Source: Octopus bimaculoides (taxonomy: Eukaryota). Taken from it: a stretch of 32,205 nucleotides of DNA. Where the stretch lies: contig NC_069008.1 in the NCBI RefSeq assembly GCF_001194135.2, positions 6,284,420 through 6,316,624 on the forward strand, written 5' to 3'. This document shows, piece after piece, positions 1 through 12,506 of this stretch (position 1 is its first letter; the number at the start of each line of letters is the position of its first letter). Made by a program: the position numbers and the translations under genes. Under the pieces are notes generated by a model. The model was given only the letters and a program-made list of their open reading frames with translations. It had not been told where the DNA came from and searched no databases.

Positions 1-507
1 TCGAAATAAGACAATTTTTTACATGAAATAAATTCGAATACAAAAATATTTTTCTGTTCTATAACACAAAATAGATAAGTATACGAAGTTTGAAAGTCTT
101 TCCATACCAAAAACACTACGTAAAACATTAATGAAAAATGTGGCTCCCGTTTTAAAATAGATCTGCGGGTGCTATTTACGTGCCACTGGCACGAGGGCCA
201 GTCAGGTGGTACTGGCAACGGCCACGCTCAAAGTATATATGAACATATGCAAATATATGCATGAGAAGACATACATAAAACAAAACATATAAATCTGCAT
301 GTATACATACAAAAATACCCTGTTGTTGATGTTGAAATTCCAATGAAGGAGCCTTGGATTTAGGGGAGAAACTGTCTCTTTCTCTATTGGTAAGAAATCT
401 TGAAACAAAACTGAATAACAACATACGTATATATTAATACCAACATTTAATATTTGATCATGTATCTGCTTCGAACACTTTCTTACAAACCTACTTCTAT
501 GTTAAAG

Positions 508-579
508 GGTTTTGAGAAATAATAAAATCAAGAAAATTGATAAACGAACATTCAAAAACCTTACCAATTTAAAAAAACT
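508..579 (+). CDS. LRR exon 1 (first in window): VLRNNKIKKIDKRTFKNLTNLKK(L)
   Basis: 72 nt, AAG acceptor and GTAAGT donor, phase 2-2, fits xLxxNxIxxIxxxxFxxLxxLxxL. Confidence 0.85.
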
Positions 580-852
580 GTAAGTTAAATTACTCTTTTT
601 AGCACCGTTTCATTGACGATATACATGTGTATTTCTAAATATCAAAAATCTTCCACTTCTCCTTCGGATTTTCTTCGAATTTGTCTCTACGAAAGAGCGT
701 GTATAATGGTGTATGCCTCTCTCTCTCTCTCTGCAGCGTTCAGTTCTTGTCTTTTTTCCAATCTCCATTCTCCGATTTTCCTTGTCTACGTATTCTCCGC
801 TTCTATTCCTTCATTTTTGACAATTCCCTTTTTCCTCTTCTTCTCTTTTGTC

Positions 853-879
853 TACTACCACCACCACCACTACTACTAC

Positions 880-914
<35 letters not shown>

Positions 915-957
915 CACTACCACCACTACAACCATACTACTACTACCACTACAACCA

Positions 958-990
<33 letters not shown>

Positions 991-1075
991 AACCATACTA
1001 CTACTACCACTACCATCACTACTACTACTACCACCTACTACTACTACTACCACCACTACTACTACTGCCACCTCC
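853..1075. repeat. (ACT/CAC)n compound microsatellite
   Basis: Direct reading; explains the poly-T/Y/L ORFs. Confidence 0.9.
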
Positions 1076-1143
1076 ACCTCTTTCGTTGACTTCACAACTC
1101 CAGCCCCAAAACAATTTCTTACAAACTCACTTTCATTTCACAG

Positions 1144-1215
1144 AGATCTGAGTAAAAATGAAATCAAGGAGATAGAAGATCGCACTTTTAAAAACCCGAC
1201 CAACTTAGAGCAATT
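1144..1215 (+). CDS. LRR exon 2: DLSKNEIKEIEDRTFKNPTNLEQ(L)
   Basis: 72 nt, CAG/GTAAGT; forms the tail of ORF 848..1219. Confidence 0.9.
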
Positions 1216-1320
1216 GTAAGTTAGTTTGCTTATGCAATTTCTTGAACCAGACACGTTCTCCTCTCGCCCCTCCTTTACCTTTATGTGTGTGTAGGTACCT
1301 ACCTCCTTGTCTATCACCTC

Positions 1321-1503
1321 TGACTGGCCCTCGTGCCGGTGGCGCGTAAAAGCACCCACTACACGTTAGGAAGGGCATCCAGCTGTAGAAACTCTGCCAA
1401 ATCAGATTGGAGCCTGGTGTAGCCATCTGGTTTTCACCAGTCATCAGTCAAATCGTCCAACCCATGCTAGCATGGAAAGCAGACGTTAAACGATGATGAT
1501 GAT
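1321..1503 (+). mobile_element. Family C retroposon 3' segment with (GAT)n tail
   Basis: GTAAAAGCACCCACTACAC...GGAAGGGCATCCAGCTGTAGAAAC...GGACGTTAAACGATGATG; a short reverse piece lies at 167-231. Confidence 0.72.
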
Positions 1504-2130
1504 ATATATATAAAGAGACATAGATATAGACAGACAGATTCATAGATTCATATATACATACATACATATGTATATAAGTCCCCTTCAGCTTTGTTCACTA
1601 GTGGTGGCTCAGCATGGCCACAGCCTTAGGGCTAACCTTCTCCAACTACAGTTCTCATATTCGGTTAAAATGTCTTACGTTTAAGCTGGCTCCCATGCAT
1701 TTCCCTGAAGAGAAGATTACATTTTTAACATCGCCGATTCCTATGGAAGGTATAATTTGTAATCTTCGAAACATATGTTGGAAATAAAAGTATGCAGTTA
1801 ACATATGCGTTTTACTCCATTCACTAAATTGATATATACTCAAGTACCCAAAATAACAAGGAGTTTCTACCTCATAAACAGGAGTTACACCACAGTCATT
1901 TTGTGATCTTTGCTACCCTGGTATCTATTAACCAATTTANNNNNNNNNNNNNNNNNNNNNNNNNNNNNNNNNNNNNNNNNNNNNNNNNNNNNNNNNNNNN
2001 NNNNNNNNNNNNNNNNNNNNNNNNNNNNNNNNNNNNNNNNNNNNNNNNNNNNNNNNNNNNNNNNNNNNNNNNNNNNNNNNNNNNNNNNNNNNNNNNNNNN
2101 NNNNNNNNNTATATATATATATATATATAT

Positions 2131-2256
2131 GCAGCTGTAAAAACTCTGCCAAATCAGATTGGAGCCTGGTGTAGCCATCCGGTTGCACCAGTCCTCAGTC
2201 AAATCGTCCAACCCATGCCTGCATGGAAAGCGGACGTTAAACGATGATGATGATGA
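2131..2256 (+). mobile_element. Family C 3' segment
   Basis: Same sequence with (GAT)n tail. Confidence 0.7.
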
Positions 2257-2591
2257 AGATGATGATTCATGGAAAATTCTTATTTTCAATGGATGTCACT
2301 TCAATTCATTTTATAGGAAACATACAGGGACTGGACAAAATCGTGATGCTATGATGCTAGGTGTTTCCATTATTTCCCCAACCCTTGTAATTGTCTGCCA
2401 GGAAAAAGGCTTAACGGCATTTCATCTGTCTTTAGATTCTGGGTTTAAATTCCGCCATAAAATAAGCATCCTTTCGATACAAGGGTCGATGTAAGCAACT
2501 TACTCCCGCTCTGAAATGTCTGGCCTTGTGCCAAAATTTATTACAGGTCTGTTTTATACACTTTCTTAGCAAACTCATTGTTATGTTACAG

Positions 2592-2663
2592 AAATTTGAG
2601 AAATAATGGAATCCAGAAAATTGATGTCCAAACCTTCCAAGATCTTACCAATTTAAAAGAATT
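2592..2663 (+). CDS. LRR exon 3: NLRNNGIQKIDVQTFQDLTNLKE(L)
   Basis: 72 nt, TTACAG/GTAAGT, LRR consensus. Confidence 0.9.
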
Positions 2664-2801
2664 GTAAGTCAAATCACTCTTGTTAATGCTATTTCATTGA
2701 CGATGTACGTTTGTATTTCTAAATATTAAAAGTCTTCTTTCTCTTATCACTCTCTTTGTTTCTATGTAAGGGTGTGTATGATGTATCTGTCTCTTTCTAC
2801 A

Positions 2802-3007
2802 GGAGGCGCAATGGCCCAGTGGTTAGGGCAGCGGACTCGCCGTCATAGGATCAAGGTTTCGATTCCCAGATTGGGCGTTGTGAGTGTTTATTGAGCGAAA
2901 ACACCTAAAGTCCCACGAGGTTCCGGCAGGGGATGGTGGCAAACCCTGCTGTACTCTTTCACCACAACTTTCTCTCACTCTTACTTCCTGTTTCTGTTGT
3001 GCCTGTA
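2802..3007 (+). mobile_element. tRNA-derived SINE family A, 5' half (part repeated at 3522-3636)
   Basis: Head GGAGGCGCAATGGCCCAGTGG (A box) ... GGTTTCGATTCC (B box); same body as the other family A copies. Confidence 0.75.
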
Positions 3008-3636
3008 AACACACCAGCAACGGTTGTCAAGCGAAGTTGGGGGGACAAATACAGACACACAAACATACATATATATACGACGGGCTTCTTTCAGTTTCCG
3101 TCTACCAAATCCACTCACAAGGCTTTGCTCGGCCCGATNNNNNNNNNNNNNNNNNNNNNNNNNNNNNNNNNNNNNNNNNNNNNNNNNNNNNNNNNNNNNN
3201 NNNNNNNNNNNNNNNNNNNNNNNNNNNNNNNNNNNNNNNNNNNNNNNNNNNNNNNNNNNNNNNNNNNNNNNNNNNNNNNNNNNNNNNNNNNNNNNNNNNN
3301 NNNNNNNNNNNNNNNNNNNNNNNNNNNNNNNNNNNNNNNNNNNNNNNNNNNNNNNNNNNNNNNNNNNNNNNNNNNNNNNNNNNNNNNNNNNNNNNNNNNN
3401 NNNNNNNNNNNNNNNNNNNNNNNNNNNNNNNNNNNNNNNNNNNNNNNNNNNNNNNNNNNNNNNNNNNNNNNNNNNNNNNNNNNNNNNNNNNNNNNNNNNN
3501 NNNNNNNNNNNNNNNNNNNNNGAGCGAAAACACCTAAAGCCCCACGAGGTTCCGGCGGGGGATGGTAGCAAACCTTGCTGTACTCTTTCACCACAACTTT
3601 CTCTCACTCTTACTTCCTGTTTCTGTTGTGCCTGTA

Positions 3637-3870
3637 AACACACCAGCAACGGTTGTCAAGCGAAGTTGGGGGGACAAATACAGACACACAAACATACATA
3701 TATATACGACGGGCTTCTTTCAGTTTCCGTCTACCAAATCCACTCACAAGGCTTTGCTCGGCCCGATGCTAGAGTAGAAAACACTTGCCCAAGGTGCCAC
3801 GCAGTGGGACTGAACCCAGAACCATGTGGTTGGTAGGCAAGCTACTTACCACACAGCCACTCCTGCGCCT
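3637..3870 (-). mobile_element. SINE family B, 5' portion (part also at 3008-3138)
   Basis: Reverse complement of the head GGCGCAGGAGTGGCTGTGTGGTAAG...GGTTCAGTCCC and the GGCACCTTGGGCAAGTG stem. Confidence 0.75.
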
Positions 3871-4039
3871 GCACATAATTGACGGTTATAATTGATATTT
3901 TCAGAGCAACACTTGTATTGAGGCCTTTAGTACTCCTGTTAACATCAATATTCATAATAATTTCTTATTTTCTGTAAAAATGACTTTATTCTATATTTTA
4001 TCCGAAATCTGCTCCGATAACCTCACTTTGATGTAACAG

Positions 4040-4111
4040 AGACCTGAGCAAGAATAAAATCACAAGCATTGACGTACAAACCTTCCAAACGCTTTTGAAA
4101 TTGTGGAAATT
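4040..4111 (+). CDS. LRR exon 4: DLSKNKITSIDVQTFQTLLKLWK(L)
   Basis: 72 nt, CAG/GTAAGT, LRR consensus. Confidence 0.9.
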
Positions 4112-4416
4112 GTAAGTTGGATTAGTTTTTCTGATAGCATTTAGTTAACGATATATTTCTAAACACTAAATATTTACCACCATTCTCTTCTTCACTTCTG
4201 TCTCTGCTTTGTTTTTATGTAAGACAAGAAAACTATTAAATGGGAGAGGGAAAGAAGAAAGAAGACTTTGTATGTATCACTTTCTCTCTCTCTCTCTCTT
4301 TTACTCTTACTCTCTATATTATATGTTGAGCGCGTGATCGATGTGTAAGAACGCCGGAACAGGTAGAAGGGAAGGAATATAAAATTTGCTAGAAACAACA
4401 GCCAAATCTCCCTTAA

Positions 4417-4635
4417 CACTTTAGTATTTAAACCGGCCATATCCGGCCAAGATGTTTAATCTGTTTTATGTTCAAACTGACCAGATCGAGGCTCTCACAC
4501 CTGCACTACATTGTTATTCTACATTAAGTAATTACACCATCAAGATCTTGAAGATATGAGATAATGCATGATTAATTCAAATCAATGTGAATCAAAAAGC
4601 ATTATGTTTGATAAAATAATCTGAACACTAAAGGG
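4417..4635. mobile_element. piggyBac-like MITE copy 1 (~220 bp)
   Basis: TTAA|CACTTTAG...CTAAAGGG|TTAA; internal sequence matches the copy at 21528. Confidence 0.75.
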
Positions 4636-5003
4636 TTAAATCGCACAAAGTAAACAGAATTTTAAAAATCTAATTACTGCACTGGAAAGTTCACATCGAG
4701 GAAATTCCATTGATGTAAAAACTTTTACAAAAAAGTGGAAAACGTGGATTTCTATAAAAGGCTTCACGCAGATCCACAACTTCACGTTTATTATATATAA
4801 GACGGTGGATGAGGATTATGTTTTTGTCTCTACTATGTTCAGTGTTTGCCCTTCTTGTCTTCATCTTCCATATCTTCTTCCTCCCATCATCATCATGATC
4901 ACCATCATTATCTTTTGCATATTCAGTTCTTTTTTTCTTCTTCTTCTTCTTACTATTATTATCATCAATATTCTTATTATTATCAATGTTCATTTAACTA
5001 TTG

Positions 5004-5383
5004 TGGAGGTGCAATGGCCCAGTGGTTAGGGCAGCAGACTCGCGGTTGGAGGATCGCGGTTTCAATTCCCAGTGTGTGTTTATTGAGCAAAAACACCTAA
5101 AGCTCCACGAGGCTCCGGCAGGGGATGGTGGCAAACCCTGCTGTACTCTTTCACCACAACTTTCTCTTACTCTTACTTCCTGTTTCTGTTGTGCCTGTAA
5201 TTCAAAGGGTCAGCCTTGTCACGCTTTGTGTCACGCTGAATCTCCCCGACAACTACGTTAAGGGTACACGTGTCTGTGGAGTGCTCAGCCACTTGCACGT
5301 TAATTTCACGAGCAGGCTGTTCCGTTGATCGGATCAACTGGAACCCTCGACCGTCGTAAGCGACGGAGTGCTAACACACAACA
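5004..5383 (+). mobile_element. tRNA-derived SINE family A, full length
   Basis: Pol III A/B boxes, ~380 bp shared body, CA-rich tail; head resembles tRNA-Arg (octopus OR-type SINEs, subfamily not confirmed). Confidence 0.8.
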
Positions 5384-5500
5384 TTTAAATATCACTTAAT
5401 TTTATACTTAATGCTAAACCTTACCTCTTAGCCATGTTATTTAATATTTTATCAATAATCTCTACGATAAATTTCTTATGATCTCACTTTAATTCCACAG

Positions 5501-5572
5501 ATATCTGAATAATAATAAAATAACGAATATCAAAGAACAAACCTTCCGAAACCTTTCTAAATTAGCATATTT
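5501..5572 (+). CDS. LRR exon 5: YLNNNKITNIKEQTFRNLSKLAY(L)
   Basis: 72 nt, CAG/GTAAGT, LRR consensus. Confidence 0.9.
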
Positions 5573-6139
5573 GTAAGTTGGATCTATCTCTTTTTTATGT
5601 TATTTGTTTTTAGACTATTCCATTGACGATATATTTCCAAATAATAGATGCCTTCCCATTCTTCTATATCCCTATATTCAACATCATCTCTACGTAAGTG
5701 TGTATGTCTATGTCTGTATGATATTTAATCTTCCACTCTTTTTTTTTTCTCACAACTATTTTCCCCCCCTTCGCTTCTCATCCATTTTCTCGTTTTCTTA
5801 CTCCTCCACCACCACCACCACTACTACTACCACCACTACTACGACTACTACTATTCGGTACAATAACATAAAACCCACAAGCCAAAAGATTTAGCAAAAG
5901 TTATATAAATTGTAAAAAAAACTATGGGAGAACCAGGAACACTTATTTTTCGGTAACAATTGACATTTTCAAAAGTACACATTCATATTCACGTATTGAA
6001 ATTCCTTTAATATCCATTTTCGTTACAACCTCATTTAATTTTATACTTTATTTCAAACCCAGTTGCGTAGCCGACCTATTTCATATTTTATTACAAATCT
6101 GCTCCATACAGTTTCTTATAATTTCCTGTTGTATTTCAG

Positions 6140-6211
6140 ATATCTGAGTGACAATAAAATCACGAATATTAAAGAAGGCAGTTTCCAAAATCTTATCAAT
6201 TTGCTGCATTT
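6140..6211 (+). CDS. LRR exon 6: YLSDNKITNIKEGSFQNLINLLH(L)
   Basis: 72 nt, TTTCAG/GTAAGT, LRR consensus. Confidence 0.9.
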
Positions 6212-6303
6212 GTAAGTTGACGCCATTTTATTCACAATAAGTTCCTAAATATTAAGTCTTAGCACCCTTTTCTTTTCTCAATAAATAAACAAAGAAAATT
6301 TGA

Positions 6304-6342
<39 letters not shown>

Positions 6343-6707
6343 NNNNNNNNNNNNNNNNNNNNNNNNNNNNNNNNNNNNNNNNNNNNNNNNNNNNNNNNNN
6401 NNNNNNNNNNNNNNNNNNNNNNNNNNNNNNNNNNNNNNNNNNNNNNNNNNNNNNNNNNNNNNNNNNNNNNNNNNNNNNNNNNNNNNNNNNNNNNNNNNNN
6501 NNNNNNNNNNNNNNNNNNNNNNNNNNNNNNNNNNNNNNNNNNNNNNNNNNNNNNNNNNNNNNNNNNNNNNNNNNNNNNNNNNNNNNNNNNNNNNNNNNNN
6601 NNNNNNNNNNNNNNNNNNNNNNNNNNNNNNNNNNNNNNNNNNNNNNNNNNNNNNNNNNNNNNNNNNNNNNNNNNNNNNNNNNNNNNNNNNNNNNNNNNNN
6701 NNNNNNN

Positions 6708-6758
<51 letters not shown>

Positions 6759-6813
6759 TTGTGTGTCTATGTTTGTCTCCACCCCCCCAACATCGCTTGA
6801 CAACCGATGTTCA

Positions 6814-6852
<39 letters not shown>

Positions 6853-6949
6853 TCTATTTATTTTAAATAGACTAATTTTATTTTAAATGTAACCCAATTT
6901 TTAATCAATAAATAATACAATTTCTTATAAACTCCATTTCATGTTACAG

Positions 6950-7021
6950 GGATTTGAGGGGTAACGAAATCACTATTATTGAAGAACATATGTTCAACAA
7001 TCTGAACAGCTTGAATCACTT
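6950..7021 (+). CDS. LRR exon 7: DLRGNEITIIEEHMFNNLNSLNH(L)
   Basis: 72 nt, TTACAG/GTAAGT, LRR consensus. Confidence 0.9.
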
Positions 7022-8253
7022 GTAAGTCGGATGAGTCTTGTTGATTTTATTCGATTGTGTTGGCCAAGGGCCCCAAATTCCCAAACATTACAGGTTTTCC
7101 CCCTCGTTCTCTTTTCTCCGCTTTGTCTCTATTGTGAACGACACTAATGTCTCCGTCTCAGCCACATTCAATCCTCTTCGTCCTCCACCTCTATTCTCTC
7201 ATCTCCTAGTTTGCCGCTTTCCTCCCCTTCACACACACTACTACTACTCCTCATCCTTCTCCTCCTTCATTTCACTTTACTGTCCTTCTTTCATCACTTG
7301 TCCTCTTTCTACATATTTGTATTTTATTTCTTCTGCATCTTAATGATGATGATGATGATGATCGTCATCATCATCATCATCGCCACCATCAACTTGTGGA
7401 CGGGGAAATGATTACGCCGGTTCCAGTGCTCAACTGGTATTTCTTTTATTGACCCGGAAAGGACGAAAGTGGACACCAGTAGAATTTGAACTCAGAACAT
7501 AAAGTCAGAAGAAATGCCTCTAAGCACTNNNNNNNNNNNNNNNNNNNNNNNNNNNNNNNNNNNNNNNNNNNNNNNNNNNNNNNNNNNNNNNNNNNNNNNN
7601 NNNNNNNNNNNNNNNNNNNNNNNNNNNNNNNNNNNNNNNNNNNNNNNNNNNNNNNNNNNNNNNNNNNNNNNNNNNNNNNNNNNNNNNNNNNNNNNNNNNN
7701 NNNNNNNNNNNNNNNNNNNNNNNNNNNNNNNNNNNNNNNNNNNNNNNNNNNNNNNNNNNNNNNNNNNNNNNNNNNNNNNNNNNNNNNNNNNNNNNNNNNN
7801 NNNNNNNNNNNNNNNNNNNNNNNNNNNNNNNNNNNNNNNNNNNNNNNNNNNNNNNNNNNNNNNNNNNNNNNNNNNNNNNNNNNNNNNNNNNNNNNNNNNN
7901 NNNNNNNNNNNNNNNNNNNNNNNNNNNNNNNNNNNNNNNNNNNNNNNNNNNNNNNNNNNNNNNNNNNNNNNNNNNNNNNNNNNNNNNNNNNNNNNNNNNN
8001 NNNNNNNNNNNNNNNNNNNNNNNNNNNNNNNNNNNNNNNNNNNNNNNNNNNNNNNNNNNNNNNNNNNNNNNNNNNNNNNNNNNNNNNNNNNNNNNNNNNN
8101 NNNNNNNNNNNNNNNNNNNNNNNNNNNNNNNNNNNNNNNNNNNNNNNNNNNNNNNNNNNNNNNNNNNNNNNNNNNNNNNNNNNNNNNNNNNNNNNNNNNN
8201 NNNNNNNNNNNNNNNNNNNNNNNNNNNNNNNNNNNNNNNNNNNNNNNNNNNNN

Positions 8254-8390
8254 AATATCCCCGAGAACTACGTTAAGGGTACACGTGTGTGTGGAGTGCT
8301 CAGCCACTTGCATGTTAATTTCACGAGCAGGCTGTTCCATTGATCGCATCAACTGGAACCCTCGACGTCATGACCGATGAAGTGCCAATA
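8254..8390 (+). mobile_element. SINE family A, 3' part
   Basis: CCCCGAGAACTACGTTAAGGGTACACGTG... matches 5245-5370; 5' part hidden in the gap. Confidence 0.75.
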
Positions 8391-8510
8391 TTCATAACGA
8401 TATCAGTTAATTTTATTTTATTTAAAAACCAATTGCTTAACCATAACATTTAATATTTTTACAGCAAATCTGCTCTATGGTATTTTTCATGGACTCATTT
8501 TGACTTTCAG

Positions 8511-8582
8511 AAACTTAAATAATAATAATGTGACGAGTATTGAAGAACGAGCCTTGAAAAATCTTACCAAATTAAAGAATTT
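8511..8582 (+). CDS. LRR exon 8: NLNNNNVTSIEERALKNLTKLKN(L)
   Basis: 72 nt, TTTCAG/GTAAGT; Leu replaces the consensus Phe. Confidence 0.88.
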
Positions 8583-8644
8583 GTAAGTTGGATCTGTTTT
8601 CATTATACTATTTCCTTCAAGATATATTTTCTTTTTTCTTTTAT

Positions 8645-9445
8645 TCATTTCAGTCATTTGACTGCGACCATGCTAGAGCACCGCCTTTAGTCGAACAAAT
8701 CGCCCCCAGGACTTCTTCTTTGTAAGCCTAGTACTTATTCTATTTGGGTCTTTATGCCGAAGCACTAAGTTACGGGGACGTAAGCACACTAACATTGGTC
8801 GTCAAGCGATGGTGGTGGGGACAGAGACGCACAAACATATATATATATATATATATACGATGAATTTATTTCAGTTTCCATCTGCCAACTTATAAAAGTT
8901 CTTAGGGTTTGGTGACAAACTACTATAGGGGGAGGGTTCCCTACTAGCAGACCAGTTTATAATGGAACAGGGGAAGTCTTATCATATAGCACTTAGGTCA
9001 AACGTATATAAAAATAAAGTTCCTATATTGTGTACAGATACAGTAAATGGTTAGTCATAGCTTTCATNNNNNNNNNNNNNNNNNNNNNNNNATATATATA
9101 TATATATATATGTTTCTGTCTACCCAATTCACTCACAAGGCTTTGGTCGGCCCGAGGCTATAGTAGAAGACATTTGTTCAAGGTCTTACGCAGTGGGACT
9201 GAACCCAGAACCATGGGGTTGGGAAACAAGCTTATTACCACACAGCCACACCTGCACCCATATGTATATATATATATATGAATACATGAAAGGCTTCTTT
9301 CAGTTTCCGTCTACTAAATCGACTCACAAGGCTTTGGTCGGCTCGAGGCTATAGTAGACGACACTTGTCCAAGGTGCCACGCAATGGGACTGAACCTAGA
9401 ACCACATGGTCGGGAAGGAAGCTTCTTAAAACATAGCCACACCTG
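8645..9445 (-). mobile_element. Cluster of SINE family B fragments (about 8645-8890, 9113-9260, 9290-9445)
   Basis: Matches to the 18636-19238 copy; boundaries approximate. Confidence 0.65.
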
Positions 9446-9702
9446 GACACATCAAAAACATGCATGAAGCATAATTCCAAAACACTCAAATAAATTTTGT
9501 TGCAAGATTTCTGAGAAATTATCTTTGCTGAAAACATCATAAATCACCAAAGTTGACAGGTATTGCAACATAAATTGTGTTGCCTTTCACCACAATCCAT
9601 CAGAAATTAAACATAAAAATTTTTTGCCCATTTGATATTCTTTGTGTCCTGCCTCCCAAATAGATATTGCATCTATAAAATTACAGGTAAATGATTCAGT
9701 GT

Positions 9703-10111
9703 TGTTGACAGACTTACCTGTCTTGCCTCCCTAATTGTTGTTGGCACTCCGTAGCTTACGACAATGAGGGTTCCAGTTGGTCTGATCAACAGAACAGCCT
9801 GCTCGTGAAATTAACGTGCAAGTGGCTGAGCACTCCACAGACACGTGTAGCCTTAACGTAGTTCTCGGGGATACTCAGTGTGACAAGGCTGACCCCTTTG
9901 AATTACAGGCACAACAGAAACAGGAAGTAAAAGTGAGAGAAAGTTGTGGTGGAAGAGTACAGCAGGGTTCGCCACAATCCCCTGCCGGAGCCTCGTGGAG
10001 CTTTAGGTGTTTTCGCTCAATAAACACTCAGAACGCCAGGTCTGGGAATCGAAACCGTGATCCTAGGACCGCGAGTCCACTGCCCTAACCACCGGGCCAT
10101 TGCGCCTCCAC
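9703..10111 (-). mobile_element. SINE family A, full length, with an extra 3' segment
   Basis: Reverse-complement copy flanked by a 10-bp direct repeat GATTCAGTGT (9693-9702 and 10112-10121). Confidence 0.8.
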
Positions 10112-10371
10112 GATTCAGTGTAATAACATATGATATGAGTAAGACAAAACATTAACTTAAAAAAAACTATGGGAGATTTAAAAACACACTTTTTCGTCAC
10201 AGCAAACATTACCAAGTGTACACGTCAGGACCCACACATTGGAATTATATCAATATCTATTTCGAATACAATATCATATAATTTTATATCTTATTTTAAG
10301 CTAAATTACTTAGTCCTAACATCTAAAACCTGCTCCATGCAATTCCATATTAAGTCGCATTCGTGTTACAG

Positions 10372-10443
10372 GTACCTGAATGATAACAAAATCCTGAAAA
10401 TTGAAGAAGGTACCTTTGAAAACCTCAACGATTTGGAATATTT
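10372..10443 (+). CDS. LRR exon 9: YLNDNKILKIEEGTFENLNDLEY(L)
   Basis: 72 nt, TTACAG/GTGAGT; tail of ORF 10169..10447. Confidence 0.9.
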
Positions 10444-10772
10444 GTGAGTTGACGATTTCAGATATTAAATATTTTCTTCTTCTCGACTTTGTCTCTGCGT
10501 AAGCAAGTTTATGCGGTTGTGCATCTTTCTCTCAATTACTTTCAGTTTTTGTCTTCATTCTACCCTTCACCTTCTCCTTCTCCGCTGGTTGTTCCTCTTT
10601 CCGCTTTTCTTTTTCCTAATCCTCATCCCCACTCCCACCATTCTTCTTTCTCTATTTTTCTTCAGCGTATTCTTTTTCCATCTGGAACTAAAATAAATTT
10701 TTTTTTCTCCATCCGACGTCCTGACTCTCAAATAAATACTCTTTATGAAATTACATGTAATTATTCAATTCA

Positions 10773-11385
10773 GTCGTTGAGTTAACGGTTCCTCATGAAG
10801 ATAATATGGACGCCATGTGGGCTCGAAAGATGGACCGTTATGAAAACCTCCTCGAGAAATGTCAAGACGCAGGCTGGAAAGCGGAGCATTTTCCAATCGA
10901 AGTCGGATGAAGAGGATCTGTAGGACACAGTGTGAGATGACTGCTGTTATCGTTAGGCCTAACTCATCGTAAGGTAAATATTACCATGACCGATATCCAA
11001 AATACAGTGGAGAAGGCTAGCCACTGGATTTGGTTAAAAAGAGACGATGAGCGATGGCTAGAGAAATATTCAGCTTTGTTTTTAATAACCAGTTGATCTA
11101 GCAAGCGGGGCCTCATATCAGTGAGGTNNNNNNNNNNNNNNNNNNNNNNNNNNNNNNNNNNNNNNNNNNNNNNNNNNNNNNNNNNNNNNNNNNNNNNNNN
11201 NNNNNNNNNNNNNNGGGGGGGGGGCGGTGCGCATTGATGCCGTCGAGAGGTAGGCCCCGAAACGGCGTGCATTCTCTCCTGATGACCCCATACACTTGCT
11301 GGCTTCCGGTATGCGGAGTTCTTGACTGGTAGCACTTGCATGTGCGAGTTGTTTGCAAGGCATAATGTCCACAAGCAAAAAAATA
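10773..11385 (+). mobile_element. 3' fragment of an RLE-type non-LTR retrotransposon (HERO/NeSL-like), pseudogenised, sense to the host gene
   Basis: Translates VVELTVPHEDNMDAMWARKMDRYENLLEKCQDAGWKAEHFPIEVG*RG...EKASHWIWLKR, the ELTVP/KY/EVGxRG endonuclease C-terminus, with stops; then a 3' UTR and A-rich end. Confidence 0.7.
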
Positions 11386-11603
11386 TTAAAAAAGCTATTT
11401 AATATTAAAAGTCATTAGAGAATCAGAAACACAATCTTCCATTGCAATTGGTGCATTTTCAGGAATACACATTCGTATCCACGCACTGGAATTCAATTAA
11501 TATTGAGTTTCATTACCTTGTCACTTAAGACCATATTTTTGTAACCTAATTAATATTTAATATTTTATCACGACTCGGCTCTACGTAAAACTTTATCTTA
11601 CAG

Positions 11604-11675
11604 AAAGCTGGGTAATAATAAAATCCAGAATATCGAAAACGGAACCTTTCAAGACCTTACCAAATTGCAGTATTT
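11604..11675 (+). CDS. LRR exon 10: KLGNNKIQNIENGTFQDLTKLQY(L)
   Basis: 72 nt, TTACAG/GTAAGT, LRR consensus. Confidence 0.9.
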
Positions 11676-12157
11676 GTAAGTTAGATCGGTCTTGCTTCAT
11701 TAACGATATATTTCTAGATTTTAAATGTTTTCTACTACTTCACTCTCTCTGCGTTTTGTATCTATGTAAGCATGTGTCGGTCTCTCTCTATTATTTACAG
11801 TTCTTGTTCTTTTGCTGTTCATCACCATCATCATCATCAACAGCAACAGGTGCAGCAGTAACAACATTAGAAAAATTGCAGTTAGATTATTCAATACAGT
11901 TATTAAATAAAATTCATAAGCCACACAATTTAAGTAATTGAAAGAAGCTTTCAAAAAATATGGGGAAATCAGGATCACCTAATTTATGGTTACAATTGAC
12001 ATTTTCAGGTTTACATGTTATCCCGTATTGGAATTTTATTAATATCAATACTCGTTGCAACATCCGTTAGTTTTATATTTTATTTGAAACCTAATTGCTT
12101 CGGCTCAGCTAATATTTTAACGCATATCTGCTTTATACATTTCCTTATGAACTACAG

Positions 12158-12229
12158 ACTTCTGAACCAGAACGGAATCACGGACATTGGAGAAGGAATT
12201 TTCCAAAACCTCACCAAATTGTATGATTT
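12158..12229 (+). CDS. LRR exon 11: LLNQNGITDIGEGIFQNLTKLYD(L)
   Basis: 72 nt, CTACAG/GTAAGT; tail of ORF 12015..12233. Confidence 0.9.
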
Positions 12230-12284
12230 GTAAGTCGAATCAGTCTCGTTACTCTCTCATTGACAATATGTTTCTGAACTTTAA

Positions 12285-12506
12285 CCCTTTAGTGTTCGCA
12301 TTATTCTGCCAAAATTAATGCTTTTTTTATCCACATTGTTTTAAACTAATCATGCATTATCTTGTAGCTATGAGATTTTGATGAGGTAGCTGTTAATTTT
12401 TAAAACGATATTGTAGGGCTGGTGTGAGAGACCAGATCTGGCCAGTTTGAACATAAAACAGGCAAAATACTTTTGGCCGGATTTGGCCGGTTTAAATGCT
12501 AAAGGG
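12285..12506. mobile_element. piggyBac-like MITE copy 2 (opposite orientation)
   Basis: TTAA|CCCTTTAG...CTAAAGGG|TTAA; terminal inverted repeat plus TTAA target duplication. Confidence 0.8.

Noticed and set aside
2802-2880. tRNA-like sequences with A and B boxes (also 5004, 18636)
   Set aside because: They are SINE heads continuing into repeat bodies, without a proper acceptor stem; not tRNA genes.
2893-3768. Near-identical ~245-bp duplication on both sides of the 3139-3521 gap, and a 50-bp duplication across the 19106-19115 gap
   Set aside because: Typical of overlapping contig ends or two haplotypes joined by a gap; not treated as biological.
11250-11295. GAAAC...CTGATGA, resembling a type II hammerhead ribozyme core, in the LINE 3' UTR
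   Set aside because: Stem II cannot form (CCCC on both sides) and there is no suitable GUH cleavage triplet closing stem III.
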